Assembly (NCBI RefSeq): GCF_018977255.1
Contig: NW_024704742.1
Span: 15,750,001-15,814,000 of the forward strand
DNA length: 64,000 nucleotides
Direction of reading: 5' to 3'
Source of the DNA: Callorhinchus milii
Taxonomy: Eukaryota
Shown: positions 63,466-64,000 of the stretch, one piece after another
Layout: each line of letters starts with the position of its first letter
Position numbering within the stretch: position 1 is the stretch's first letter
Program-made: the position numbers and the translations under genes
The notes under the pieces: model-generated
Told to the model about the DNA's origin: nothing
Seen by the model: only the letters and a program-made list of their open reading frames with translations
Databases searched by the model: none

Positions 63466-64000
63466 ATAAAGAACTCTAGGAAGAACAAACGAGAATGGGA
63501 TCTCCATGGTGGTGATAGTTCATTATCATAGGATGGATTTCACTACAACTGCACGTTTTCCTACAAAATCTGTCACTGCTCATCTGTAAACCATTTAACT
63601 GTTTCAATGTTTATAAGACACCTAAAAAACTAAAATTTGGGGGGACATTACTATGTTCAAATTAGATGTCCCGTTTGGCTACAAACACATAGATACTACA
63701 CTTTTCAGAAAACTCGCAGCTTTGAGATGCTTTGACATTATAGGTGCTCTATCAAATGGAAGTATTTTTGTGATTTATCATCACTTTCGTTGGCACCTCT
63801 GGCTGATGTAATGGATCTGAGAGGGTGGCTCGTACATGTTTGATTAATAAACTAGATTTAAGAGTGTATCAACTGGTTTTGTATCCAGAAGAATGGTTGA
63901 AGTAACGTTCTGGGAGCATGTCTGCTGTATGCTGGACTAAATGAACTGGGGAATATGGTTGATGCGCTACCTTTTCAAGTCAATAGGTTATAACAATGTG

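Overview
This is eukaryotic, repeat-rich, AT-rich vertebrate DNA with no recognisable host protein-coding gene, rRNA, true tRNA gene or CRISPR array. It looks like a large intron or gene desert. The repeat inventory suggests a cartilaginous fish (inference): several CR1 LINE families, abundant L2 LINEs, SacSINE1/AmnSINE-like Deu-domain SINEs, and a young tRNA-Ala-headed SINE with an L2-type tail. Every ORF with a recognisable product is a broken LINE ORF (CR1 SGNH-esterase ORF1, APE endonuclease, RT; L2 endonuclease and ORF2 C-terminus). I found no convincing new gene system. The best leads are: (1) subfamilies of the young SINE whose 3' stem-loop loop changes to match the young L2; (2) several L2-tail chimeras suggesting template jumping, including an 83-bp micro-L2, an RT-less L2 and a locally templated insertion; (3) an unclassified, old, multi-copy repeat with a head-to-head junction; (4) several motif-dense or palindromic repeat-free blocks that may be conserved enhancers. 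Boundaries of old repeats were read by eye and are approximate (tens of bp).
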